Source: Parcubacteria group bacterium GW2011_GWA2_42_14 | GTDB taxonomy: Bacteria > Patescibacteriota > Minisyncoccia > Sungbacterales > GWA2-42-14 | Length of the DNA stretch: 64,000 bases | Direction: 5' to 3' | Assembly (NCBI GenBank): GCA_000998135.1 | Contig: LCCV01000003.1 | Span: 6,392 to 70,391, forward strand | Shown: positions 56,025 through 64,000 of the stretch, one piece after another | Numbering within the stretch: the first letter of the stretch is position 1 | Layout of the letters: each line of letters begins with the position of its first letter | Notes under the pieces: generated by a model | Database searches by the model: none | What the model was told of the DNA's origin: nothing | What the model saw: only the letters and a program-made list of their open reading frames with translations | Made by a program: the position numbers and the translations under genes

Positions 56025-57452
56025 ATGAAAGAGAAAGAAAAATATACTTCTGAACAAATCGAAAAATTTGAAACGTCAAGAACAATTTCTGACGCGGAGC
56101 TATTAAAATCCGGCGCGCGTTACGAAATTGACGGACAAACAGGGGAAAAACGGCTAATTGCGTCAGTGGAACAAACAGAACGTATTCATCAAGCGGTGGA
56201 AGATTTGCTTGCCAAGAACATTCTTAGTAAAAAAGAATTGAAAGATGTTGATTTTGATTTAACGTTTGAGGGGGAGGAGGGCGGAACCGGTTTTGAATTT
56301 GAGGTTGAAGAAGAGCAGAGGATACTGGTATCGCCTGAAAATATTGAGATTAAGGAGTGGAAGAATCATATTATTGACGTATATGATCAGTCCGGTAGGT
56401 GCCGCATCAGGGTGAAAAACGGAGAACCGCGGCTTTCCTTAAAGGTGCCGCTTTTATCGCGGGATACGGAACGCGCGAAATGCTGTGTAAGGATTGAAAT
56501 AAAGCCGCGAACTAAGGGGAAGGCGGCTATTTTTGAAAAAATGCGTGAGTTGATACTTCATGAACCGGGAACAGAAGTCCATGAAAAATGGGGAACCCCT
56601 ATTAAGACCAGGGACGGTAAGAAGATTTGGATTAATAAGGATGACCAGGGAAATTACTGGATAGAAACGGACGAGGGTGTGTCTGTGGAGGAATTATTGC
56701 CCGAAGGTGTCAGATATATAGGCCACGAAAAAAGTAAAATATCAATAGACAGGAACAGAGCCGTTGCGTCTCCTATAGAAAAATTGTCTAAGCTTAACAT
56801 AGTTCGTGGCAATGCTGAAAATTTTGAAACTTTTAAAAAGTTATTTCATGAAAATTTGGAATCAACCAGCCGGACCGCCAAGGGTTTAGTGGATGCATCC
56901 GTGAGTTCAAAAAAAGAAAAGCCGTCTATGGGAAAAGAAAAAATTACCGAATTTATGAAACAAAACGAAGAAGAAGTTATACAGTATATTTGGAATAGTC
57001 GCGATAGAGCTTATAATACTTCCGAGGAGATAAAACAATTGCTTAACGATATTATCGGAATAATAAACAAAAATATAGCATCGGAACCTTATAAATTAAG
57101 GGAATGGCCATGGCGGGATTTGCCCGCGGAAAGAATACGCGAGGAAGTGGAGCAATTTACATATGATTTATTTTCTAAGTTAGCCGGCATTGAAAGGGGC
57201 GCGGAAAAACCTTATGAAGTAGCATGCTGGGCGGAGCTTGAATATGACAGGAGAATCCACCCGCTTGTTGACGGATGCGGAAGGGTTTCAAAAGCGATTT
57301 CGGCATTTATATTATTACGCTATAAACATCCACTTCCGGACTACGGGTCGCGTGATGAGTATTATAAGGCAATGAATGATGATGAGGACTGTTTTAAAAA
57401 TTATTATCAGGGAGCGCTTCTTCGTTCAATAAACAAGGATTATCTAAAGTAA
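56025..57452 (+). CDS. Putative CYTH-like plus Fic/Doc fusion protein
   Basis: EVEEEQRILV...RIRVK...LSLK...WIETD (CYTH-like pattern); IHPLVDGCGRVSK (Fic-like motif). Confidence 0.7.
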   Translation: MKEKEKYTSEQIEKFETSRTISDAELLKSGARYEIDGQTGEKRLIASVEQTERIHQAVEDLLAKNILSKKELKDVDFDLTFEGEEGGTGFEFEVEEEQRILVSPENIEIKEWKNHIIDVYDQSGRCRIRVKNGEPRLSLKVPLLSRDTERAKCCVRIEIKPRTKGKAAIFEKMRELILHEPGTEVHEKWGTPIKTRDGKKIWINKDDQGNYWIETDEGVSVEELLPEGVRYIGHEKSKISIDRNRAVASPIEKLSKLNIVRGNAENFETFKKLFHENLESTSRTAKGLVDASVSSKKEKPSMGKEKITEFMKQNEEEVIQYIWNSRDRAYNTSEEIKQLLNDIIGIINKNIASEPYKLREWPWRDLPAERIREEVEQFTYDLFSKLAGIERGAEKPYEVACWAELEYDRRIHPLVDGCGRVSKAISAFILLRYKHPLPDYGSRDEYYKAMNDDEDCFKNYYQGALLRSINKDYLK

Positions 57453-58027
57453 TGAGAAAGTCCGTTAAAAAAGATTTACAATTTATAAAAAAATGTTTTG
57501 GACAGAAAAAAGACGCGTCTGGCCGGTATGTTTGGCGCCATGCGCATGATGCCGCGTTATATCTTGAAAAAATAGCCCGGAAATATAAAGAGACAGATCC
57601 TGCTATGATTGATAAACTTTATCTTGCTGTCTTGGGTCATGACCTTTTGGAAGACACCAAAGCTACTAAAAACGAAATACAAAAAAAGTGGGGTAAGGAT
57701 GTATTGAAGTATATTGAGGCCTTAACAAACAAAAAAGGCGATACCGATTTTAGCGGTTATATAAAACAATTGCGAGACGCGCGAGAGGAGGTATTACTCG
57801 TGAAATTCGCGGATATATTCAGTAATGTATCAAATTCTGTTAGATTCTTCGGTTCATTTGATTCGCATTGGATTAAGACATTCTGGCTGCCGTTACTTAA
57901 GGATTATAACCAAAATTTATTTGGCAGAAAATTCTTATTATATCCCCGGACGGCATCGGCCATGATAAAAGATATTCAGAGAGAAATTCGCAACCTTTTA
58001 AAAAATGCGATAAAAAATAAAAATTAG
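57452..58027 (+). CDS. RelA/SpoT-type HD hydrolase (small alarmone hydrolase/Mesh1-like)
   Basis: H...GHDLLEDT...LT...LVKFADIFSN. Confidence 0.8.
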   Translation: MRKSVKKDLQFIKKCFGQKKDASGRYVWRHAHDAALYLEKIARKYKETDPAMIDKLYLAVLGHDLLEDTKATKNEIQKKWGKDVLKYIEALTNKKGDTDFSGYIKQLRDAREEVLLVKFADIFSNVSNSVRFFGSFDSHWIKTFWLPLLKDYNQNLFGRKFLLYPRTASAMIKDIQREIRNLLKNAIKNKN

Positions 58028-58059
58028 CTTTTTATAAATTAATATGTTATAATATAAAT

Positions 58060-58233
58060 ATGGAACCAGAACGCAATTATTTTAATATTAAAGGCCCTGA
58101 AGAAATTAATCGAGAAATGGTTGATGAGCTTATGGCCGGTGGTATGACTAAGGAAGAGGCCGAAAAAGAGGCGGCAAGGCGGATGGATTTGAGAAAGAGG
58201 GGAATGCGCGAAGAAGCTGATAAAAATCTATAA
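58060..58233 (+). CDS. Small hypothetical protein (57 aa)
   Basis: TATAAT 6 nt before the ATG; ORF ends just before the next gene. Confidence 0.55.
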   Translation: MEPERNYFNIKGPEEINREMVDELMAGGMTKEEAEKEAARRMDLRKRGMREEADKNL

Positions 58234-58241
58234 TCAAAGAT

Positions 58242-58460
58242 ATGAAAGAACGGGTGGAAAAAGCCCTGGATGAAATTCGTCCTCTATTGGCTCGGCATCT
58301 TGGCAATGTTGAATTTGTCAATTTTGAAAATGGTGTTGTATATGTTCGCATGCTTGGTACTTGCAATGGTTGTCCGTTGTCGCGGTTAACTTTAAGGGCG
58401 GGGATTGAAGGATTACTGAAAGAAAAAGTTGAAGGAGTGGAGAGGGTAGAAGCTATATAA
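58242..58460 (+). CDS. NifU C-terminal (NfuA-like) domain protein
   Basis: IRPLLARHLGNVE...GTCNGCP. Confidence 0.92.
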   Translation: MKERVEKALDEIRPLLARHLGNVEFVNFENGVVYVRMLGTCNGCPLSRLTLRAGIEGLLKEKVEGVERVEAI

Positions 58461-58551
58461 ATTCAAAATTCAAAGCATTAAATCCTAAATAATATAAAAA
58501 TTCAAAACATAAAAAGTAGGTGGTTTTGGATTTTGGCATTTGAATTTATTT

Positions 58552-58616
58552 GGGTCGGAAGCAAACAGTTTTGCTTCCGACGGGCGAAGTCCGGGAATTT
58601 GCCGAGAGGGCAAATT
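58552..58616. repeat. 65-bp triple-hairpin element, copy 2 (intergenic, inverted), within heptamer arrays 58458-58640
   Basis: Matches the atpG insertion. Confidence 0.9.
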
Positions 58617-58640
58617 TTGTGATTTTGAAATTGGGATTTT

Positions 58641-59921
58641 ATGTTTTTTGATATTGAAAAACAAAATAATATAGATAATAAAGAATACCACAATTTGAAC
58701 CAGCGTCAGGTTATTATTTTGACCATTGTTTTAACTTTTATAATTTCCGTTGCCACCACTCTGGCAACGGTTTATTATCTTTCGGATGTTTTGAAAATTA
58801 CCATTACCCCCAACATTTATCAGAATACTCTTCCGGTTCAGGAAAAAATCACTAAGGAGATTAACGAAAAAGTTTTGCGCCAGGATGAGTTGGTTGTATC
58901 AGTAGTAAAAGAAGTTTCGTCGGCGGTGGTAAGCATTATTGCCGCTAAAGATGTTCCGCTGGTTGAGCAGTATTTTATAAATCCGTTCGGTGGCGACCAG
59001 TTTTTTGATGAATTTTTCAGGCAGTTCCAGATTCCGCAGTATCGCCAAAAAGGTACGCAAAAACAGCAGGTTTCAGCGGGCACAGGTTTTATCGTTTCTT
59101 CAGACGGCCTTATTATTACCAATAAACATGTTGTTTCCGATACTTCCGCCGAATATACCGTTTTTTTCAATGACGGTTCCAATACTTCGGCAAAAGTTTT
59201 GGCTTTAGACCCATTTCAAGATTTAGCTATTTTAAAAGTTGACAAATCAAATTTGAAAATTGCTGTCTTGGGCGATTCTTCAAAAATTGATATAGGTCAG
59301 TCGGTTATAGCAATTGGAAACGCGCTGGGCGAATTTAGAAACACTGTAAGTGTTGGTATTGTTTCCGGACTTGGCAGGTCAATCATCGCTTTCGGTTCCG
59401 GTATAGGCGGGGAAGAATTGCAGGAGTTGATTCAGATTGATGCCGCGATTAATCCCGGGAATTCAGGGGGTCCCTTGTTAAATTTACGTGGAGAAGTTAT
59501 CGGTATAAACGTTGCTATGGCCCAGGGCGCGGAAAACATCGGTTTTGCCATTCCGATAAATAAAGCCAGACGTGATTTGGAAAGCGTTAAATTAAAAGGA
59601 AAAATTATTTATCCTTTTATCGGCATTCGTTACCTGACAATCAATAAAACTATCCAGGAAGATAGAAAATTATCGGTTGATTACGGGGCATTGTTGGTTG
59701 AAACCGATGATGGTCCGGCAATCGTGGCCGGAAGTCCGGCTGAAAAGGCAGGATTGAAAAACGGCGATATTATACTTTCAATAAATGGTGAGAAAATTGA
59801 GCAGGAAAAACCGCTTTCGGAAATTCTGCAAAAATATTCGGTGGGAGACGGCATAACTTTAAAAGTGTTGAGAGAAGGAAAAGAGTTTGAGGCATCACTT
59901 ATGCTTGTAGAGAGAAAGTAG
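58641..59921 (+). CDS. htrA: HtrA/DegP serine protease with PDZ domain
   Basis: TM helix, TNKHVV, DLA, GNSGGPL, SPAEKAGLK PDZ. Confidence 0.93.
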   Translation: MFFDIEKQNNIDNKEYHNLNQRQVIILTIVLTFIISVATTLATVYYLSDVLKITITPNIYQNTLPVQEKITKEINEKVLRQDELVVSVVKEVSSAVVSIIAAKDVPLVEQYFINPFGGDQFFDEFFRQFQIPQYRQKGTQKQQVSAGTGFIVSSDGLIITNKHVVSDTSAEYTVFFNDGSNTSAKVLALDPFQDLAILKVDKSNLKIAVLGDSSKIDIGQSVIAIGNALGEFRNTVSVGIVSGLGRSIIAFGSGIGGEELQELIQIDAAINPGNSGGPLLNLRGEVIGINVAMAQGAENIGFAIPINKARRDLESVKLKGKIIYPFIGIRYLTINKTIQEDRKLSVDYGALLVETDDGPAIVAGSPAEKAGLKNGDIILSINGEKIEQEKPLSEILQKYSVGDGITLKVLREGKEFEASLMLVERK

Positions 59922-59925
59922 TTTA

Positions 59926-60058
59926 ATAATTTTTAATTTTCCAATTTCCAATTTTCAATAAATTATCCAATTTCTAAATTTCCAAACACGGCGCTTCATA
60001 ATTGAAAATTAAATCATTGAAAATTGATTGAAAATTTATAATTGATAATTGAAAATTC
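59926..60058. repeat. Inverted arrays (TTTYCAA)n / (TTGAAAA)n
   Basis: Seen directly. Confidence 0.75.
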
Positions 60059-60077
60059 ATAAGACTGTTTATGGGAC

Positions 60078-60132
60078 TTATCCACAGCTATTATTACCGA
60101 CCTCTTGACAAGTTTTTAAGACCTGCTATACT
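60078..60132 (+). promoter_or_regulatory. rpoB promoter TTGACA-16-TATACT with an upstream DnaA box TTATCCACA
   Basis: Box 60078-60086; -35 at 60105; -10 at 60127. Confidence 0.65.
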
Positions 60133-60341
60133 TAACTCTTAGCCTTTTAAATATAAAGGAGGGCTCCCTGGCCGCTCGCAGTAATGGGTGGGCTAGGCAA
60201 AATTAGCTTGTTTTATTTGCGATTTTTAAAGAATTTCGCTCCTCTCGGGGGTTTAAAGTACTCTCAAAAAGGGCGATAATATTCGCAAAACTTAATAAAC
60301 CCTATACCACAGGGCCTATTTATTTTTTTGTGTGTCAAAAT

Positions 60342-60423
60342 CCTACAAATTACGAATTTTGCCGAATTACGAATTTGATGATTTTTCTCCATTCGTAATT
60401 CGATTTTATTCGTAATTCGTAGG
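60342..60423. repeat. Inverted ATTACGAAT / ATTCGTAAT arrays just before rpoB
   Basis: CCTAC...GTAGG closed long hairpin. Confidence 0.7.
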
Positions 60424-60430
60424 GGAACAT

Positions 60431-63400
60431 TTGAAGAAGTATTTTTCCAATTATAAAATGCCTCCGTTGAACCTGCCCAACCTTTCGGCTATCCAGCTGG
60501 ATTCTTATCAGTGGTTTTTGGATAAGGGCCTGCGGGAATTGTTTGACGAAGTTTCTCCGATCAAAGGGTTTGCCGGCAAAGAATTGGCTCTGGAGCTTTC
60601 ATTAGGAGATTATTACATTGACCAGCCTAAATTTACCGAGGTTCACGCCAAAGAACATAATTTGTCATATGAAGCGCCTCTTCGCGTTAAGGTCCGTCTT
60701 GTTAACAAGAAAACTGATGAAATAAAAGAGCAGGAAATTTATTTGGGAGATTTTCCTTTAATGACGGATAGAGGAACTTTTATTGTAAACGGGGTGGAGC
60801 GTGTTATAGTTTCCCAACTTATCCGTTCTTCGGGCGTATATTTTATTCTTAATCAGATACGCGGCAAAAAATATTTCGGAGCAAAAATCATTCCTAACAG
60901 GGGCGCTTGGTTTGAATTTGAAACTGATTTTGACGGTTCCATAAACGTAAGAATTGACCGAAAAAGAAAAATTTCCGCAACCTCCATTCTTCGCATATTT
61001 GGCATGGAGAAAAACGAACAGATAATGGACGCGTTCCGAAACATAGATAACGGAGAATTCTCTTTTATAAAGAAAACGCTTGAGCGCGATTCTTCCAAAA
61101 GCAGGGATGAAGCATTTATTGAAATTTATAAGCGCATTCGTCCGGGAGAGCTTGCCGCCGTTGATAACGCGCGTTCGCTGATTGAAGCTATGTTAAGTTT
61201 TGATAGATATGATTTGGCCGGCTGGGGACGGTTTAAATTCAATCAGCGGCTGGGACTTAAGAAAAATCCCCAAAAAGAAGAAAACAGGATATTGGATCTT
61301 CAGGATATGATTGCGGTAATTTCGGAAATTATCCGTATGAATAATTTGCAGGATGTGGTTCCGGACGATATTGATCACCTGGGAAATCGCAGGGTGCGCG
61401 GCGTGGGAGAGCTTTTGCAAAACAAGCTTCGCGTGGGCATGTCCCGTCTCATAAGAATTGTAAGGGATCGCATGTCAACCATTGATGTTTATACTATGAC
61501 TCCGGCCCAGCTTATCAATGCCAGACCTTTTATCGCGTCGGTCAAAGAATTTTTTACGTCATCCCAGCTTTCACAATTCATGGACCAGGTTAACCCTTTG
61601 GCCGAACTTGAACACAGAAGGCGGCTTTCGGCTATGGGGCCAGGCGGACTTACTCGCGAAAGAGCGGGTTTTGAAGTCAGAGACGTTCATCCTTCACACT
61701 ACGGAAGAATTTGTCCTATTCAGACGCCGGAAGGACAGAATATCGGTTTGGTTGGCCATCTTGCCGGATTCGCCCGCATTAATGAATTGGGACTGATTGA
61801 AACTCCGTATAGAAAAGTAAAAAACGGAAAAATTACCGGAGAAATAGAATATTTTGACGCATCATCCGAAATTCATTTCAGCATTGCTCATGCAGGAATT
61901 AAGTATGACGAACAAGGTATGATTATTGATGAAAAAGTTGAAGCTAGAATACACGGCAGTCCCGGATTGGTTAACCGCGAAAAAATCAATTATATTGATA
62001 TTTCGCCGCAGCAATTTATAAGTGTGGCTACATCATTGATTCCGTTTCTTGAGCATGATGATGCCAACAGGGCCATGATGGGTTCAAACATGCAACGTCA
62101 GGCCGTTCCTTGCGTAAGAGCCGAAGCTCCGTTGGTTGGAACTGGTGTTGAAGAAAGGGCCGCCTGGGATTCGGGCAGAGTCATTCTTGCTGATGACGAC
62201 GGGGTCATTACTGGTGCGGATGCTTGTTCTATAACCTTGAAATCAAAAAAGGGGAAAGAATATGTTCATATTCTTAATTCTTTTTTACGAACGAACCAGT
62301 TTACCGCTATCAGCCAGAAGCCGCTGGTTAAAAAAGGAGATAATGTTAAAAAGGGCCAGGTTTTGGCCGACGGTTCGTCAACCGATAAAGGAGAGTTGGC
62401 GCTTGGAAAAAATTTGCTGGTTGCTTTTGTTTCCTGGCGGGGAGCAAATTATGAAGATGCCATAATTATTTCCGAAAAACTCGTTGAAAAAGATATTTTT
62501 ACCTCAATTCATATTGAAGACCATGCTATTGACGTCAGGGATACGAAACTCGGACCCGAGGAAACATCCCCTGATATACCCAATGTATCTGAGGAAAAAT
62601 TAAAGAATCTTGATGAAGAAGGAATCATAAGAATAGGCGCGGAAGTCCGTTCCAACGATATTTTGGTGGGAAAAATTTCTCCCAAGGGCGAATCGGATTT
62701 GACTCCTGAAGAAAAATTGCTTCGCGCTATTTTCGGCGAGAAGGCTCGTGACGTCAAAGATACTTCTTTAACTCTTTCTCACGGTAAAAGAGGACGCATT
62801 GTGGGTATAAAGATATTTTCGCGTGACAGAGGCGATAAACTGGAGTCCGGAGTCATAAAAAGAGTGCAGGTTGAAGTGGCCCAACTTAGAAAGATTATGG
62901 TAGGCGATAAGCTTGCCGGAAGACACGGAAATAAAGGCGTTATTTCAAAAATATTGCCGCCGGAAGATATGCCGTGTCTTGCCGACGGAACGCCGGTAGA
63001 TGTCATTTTAAATCCTTTGGGTGTTGCTTCGCGCATGAATATAGGACAAATTTTGGAAACCCATCTTGGATGGGCCGCTCAAAAATTGGGATATCGGGCT
63101 GTAACGCCCGCTTTTATCGGTGTTACCGAGCAGGAAATAAAAGATGAGCTTATAAAGGCGGGGCTCCCCGAAGACGGCAAAGTTGATTTGTATGACGGTT
63201 TAACCGGAGAAAAATTCCATCAAAAAGTTACGGTGGGAATGATTTATATAATGAAGCTGATTCATTTAGTTGAGGATAAGATTCACATGCGTTCCATCGG
63301 CCCTTATTCCTTGATTACCCAGCAGCCGCTTGGAGGAAAAGCGCAGTTCGGGGGCCAGCGGTTTGGAGAAATGGAGGTGTGGGCCTTGGAAGGTTACGGT

Positions 63401-63664
63401 TCCGCGCACACTTTGCAGGAAATGCTTACTATAAAATCGGATGATGTGCTTGGGAGGTCCGCAACCTATGAAGCGATAATTTCGGGAGAGAAAATCAAAA
63501 AGCCGAATTTGCCGGCATCTTTTCACGTTTTGGTAAATGAATTAAAGGGTTTGGCCTTGAATGTGCAGTTGAAAGGAATGCAGGGGGAAGGAGCCGGAAC
63601 AGGGCAGGCAAAAGAGGTGGCGGATAGAAAGGAATCAAGGGAAAGAGTGAGAATGAGAGGATAG
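60431..63664 (+). CDS. rpoB: RNA polymerase beta subunit
   Basis: [38 protein letters not shown]. Confidence 0.99.
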   Translation: MKKYFSNYKMPPLNLPNLSAIQLDSYQWFLDKGLRELFDEVSPIKGFAGKELALELSLGDYYIDQPKFTEVHAKEHNLSYEAPLRVKVRLVNKKTDEIKEQEIYLGDFPLMTDRGTFIVNGVERVIVSQLIRSSGVYFILNQIRGKKYFGAKIIPNRGAWFEFETDFDGSINVRIDRKRKISATSILRIFGMEKNEQIMDAFRNIDNGEFSFIKKTLERDSSKSRDEAFIEIYKRIRPGELAAVDNARSLIEAMLSFDRYDLAGWGRFKFNQRLGLKKNPQKEENRILDLQDMIAVISEIIRMNNLQDVVPDDIDHLGNRRVRGVGELLQNKLRVGMSRLIRIVRDRMSTIDVYTMTPAQLINARPFIASVKEFFTSSQLSQFMDQVNPLAELEHRRRLSAMGPGGLTRERAGFEVRDVHPSHYGRICPIQTPEGQNIGLVGHLAGFARINELGLIETPYRKVKNGKITGEIEYFDASSEIHFSIAHAGIKYDEQGMIIDEKVEARIHGSPGLVNREKINYIDISPQQFISVATSLIPFLEHDDANRAMMGSNMQRQAVPCVRAEAPLVGTGVEERAAWDSGRVILADDDGVITGADACSITLKSKKGKEYVHILNSFLRTNQFTAISQKPLVKKGDNVKKGQVLADGSSTDKGELALGKNLLVAFVSWRGANYEDAIIISEKLVEKDIFTSIHIEDHAIDVRDTKLGPEETSPDIPNVSEEKLKNLDEEGIIRIGAEVRSNDILVGKISPKGESDLTPEEKLLRAIFGEKARDVKDTSLTLSHGKRGRIVGIKIFSRDRGDKLESGVIKRVQVEVAQLRKIMVGDKLAGRHGNKGVISKILPPEDMPCLADGTPVDVILNPLGVASRMNIGQILETHLGWAAQKLGYRAVTPAFIGVTEQEIKDELIKAGLPEDGKVDLYDGLTGEKFHQKVTVGMIYIMKLIHLVEDKIHMRSIGPYSLITQQPLGGKAQFGGQRFGEMEVWALEGYGSAHTLQEMLTIKSDDVLGRSATYEAIISGEKIKKPNLPASFHVLVNELKGLALNVQLKGMQGEGAGTGQAKEVADRKESRERVRMRG

Positions 63665-63886
63665 AAAGAAGATGAGGGAAAGAATGAAAACTGGATAGAT
63701 AGAAGGAAACCTTGTGCCTTTTTTCACTGCCTCCATTGTATATACGGTTTTTTGATCCTACCGCCAGTCCGAGTGAAAAAAATTCCGCAAGATTTTCTTA
63801 GAAGAAGGCATCTTGCCCGGGAAAAGGGAAAACAGGCGTTTTACATGGCGTAACCGTTGGCGTATAAATTGGCTTCTACATTATTT

Positions 63887-64000
63887 ATGGAAACTCAACG
63901 TATTCAGGATTTTGAATCAATTTCTTTAAAACTCGCCTCCCCCGAGGATATTTTGAATTGGTCGCATGGGGAAATTACGAAGCCGGAAACAATCAATTAC
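63887..64000 (+). CDS. rpoC: RNA polymerase beta' subunit, 3' truncated by the window edge
   Basis: [25 protein letters not shown]. Confidence 0.95.
   Translation, partial: METQRIQDFESISLKLASPEDILNWSHGEITKPETINY

Noticed and set aside
58485-58693. Two short minus-strand ORFs resembling the AtpG insert peptide
   Set aside because: They are translations of the repeat element, not genes
59926-60132. Replication origin (AT-rich tract plus DnaA box)
   Set aside because: Only one clear box, the AT tract is a heptamer array, and no dnaA is nearby
63665-63886. Inserted gene or RNA between rpoB and rpoC
   Set aside because: No credible ORF or strong structure seen in 220 bp

Overview
This window looks like chromosomal DNA from a Patescibacteria/CPR (Parcubacteria-like) bacterium; the taxonomy is inferred from gene style (short SMC, short UGD, few Shine-Dalgarno motifs) and the standard genetic code is used. 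In order it holds the 3' part of a gas-vesicle cluster (gvpK, gvpJ/A-like, a GvpL/F-DnaJ fusion), an FtsZ with a C-terminal membrane extension, ftsB, miaA, thrS, a pilin-like protein, dnaE, two secreted proteases, rnhB, rpmF, nusB, rnc, ftsH, smc, a RelE-type TA pair, rpsP, a surface-glycan cluster, an F1Fo ATP synthase operon broken up by cargo genes, an Fe-S/oxidative-stress region, htrA, rpoB and the start of rpoC. The strongest unexplained signal is a dense population of small palindromic and inverted tandem-repeat elements. Several sit in frame inside core proteins (MiaA, ThrS, RnhB, AtpA, AtpG, AtpD, IscS), some are nested, and one has a target-site duplication. Related repeats bracket small nuclease-fold genes (GxxExxY, GIY-YIG, PaaX/Cas2-like), which are candidate mobilisers. 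Other candidates for novelty are a CYTH-Fic plus RelA/SpoT-type HD two-gene module, a NYN nuclease with a convergent small-RNA promoter, and recurrent duplicated gene starts. All calls come from reading motifs by eye; no searches were run.
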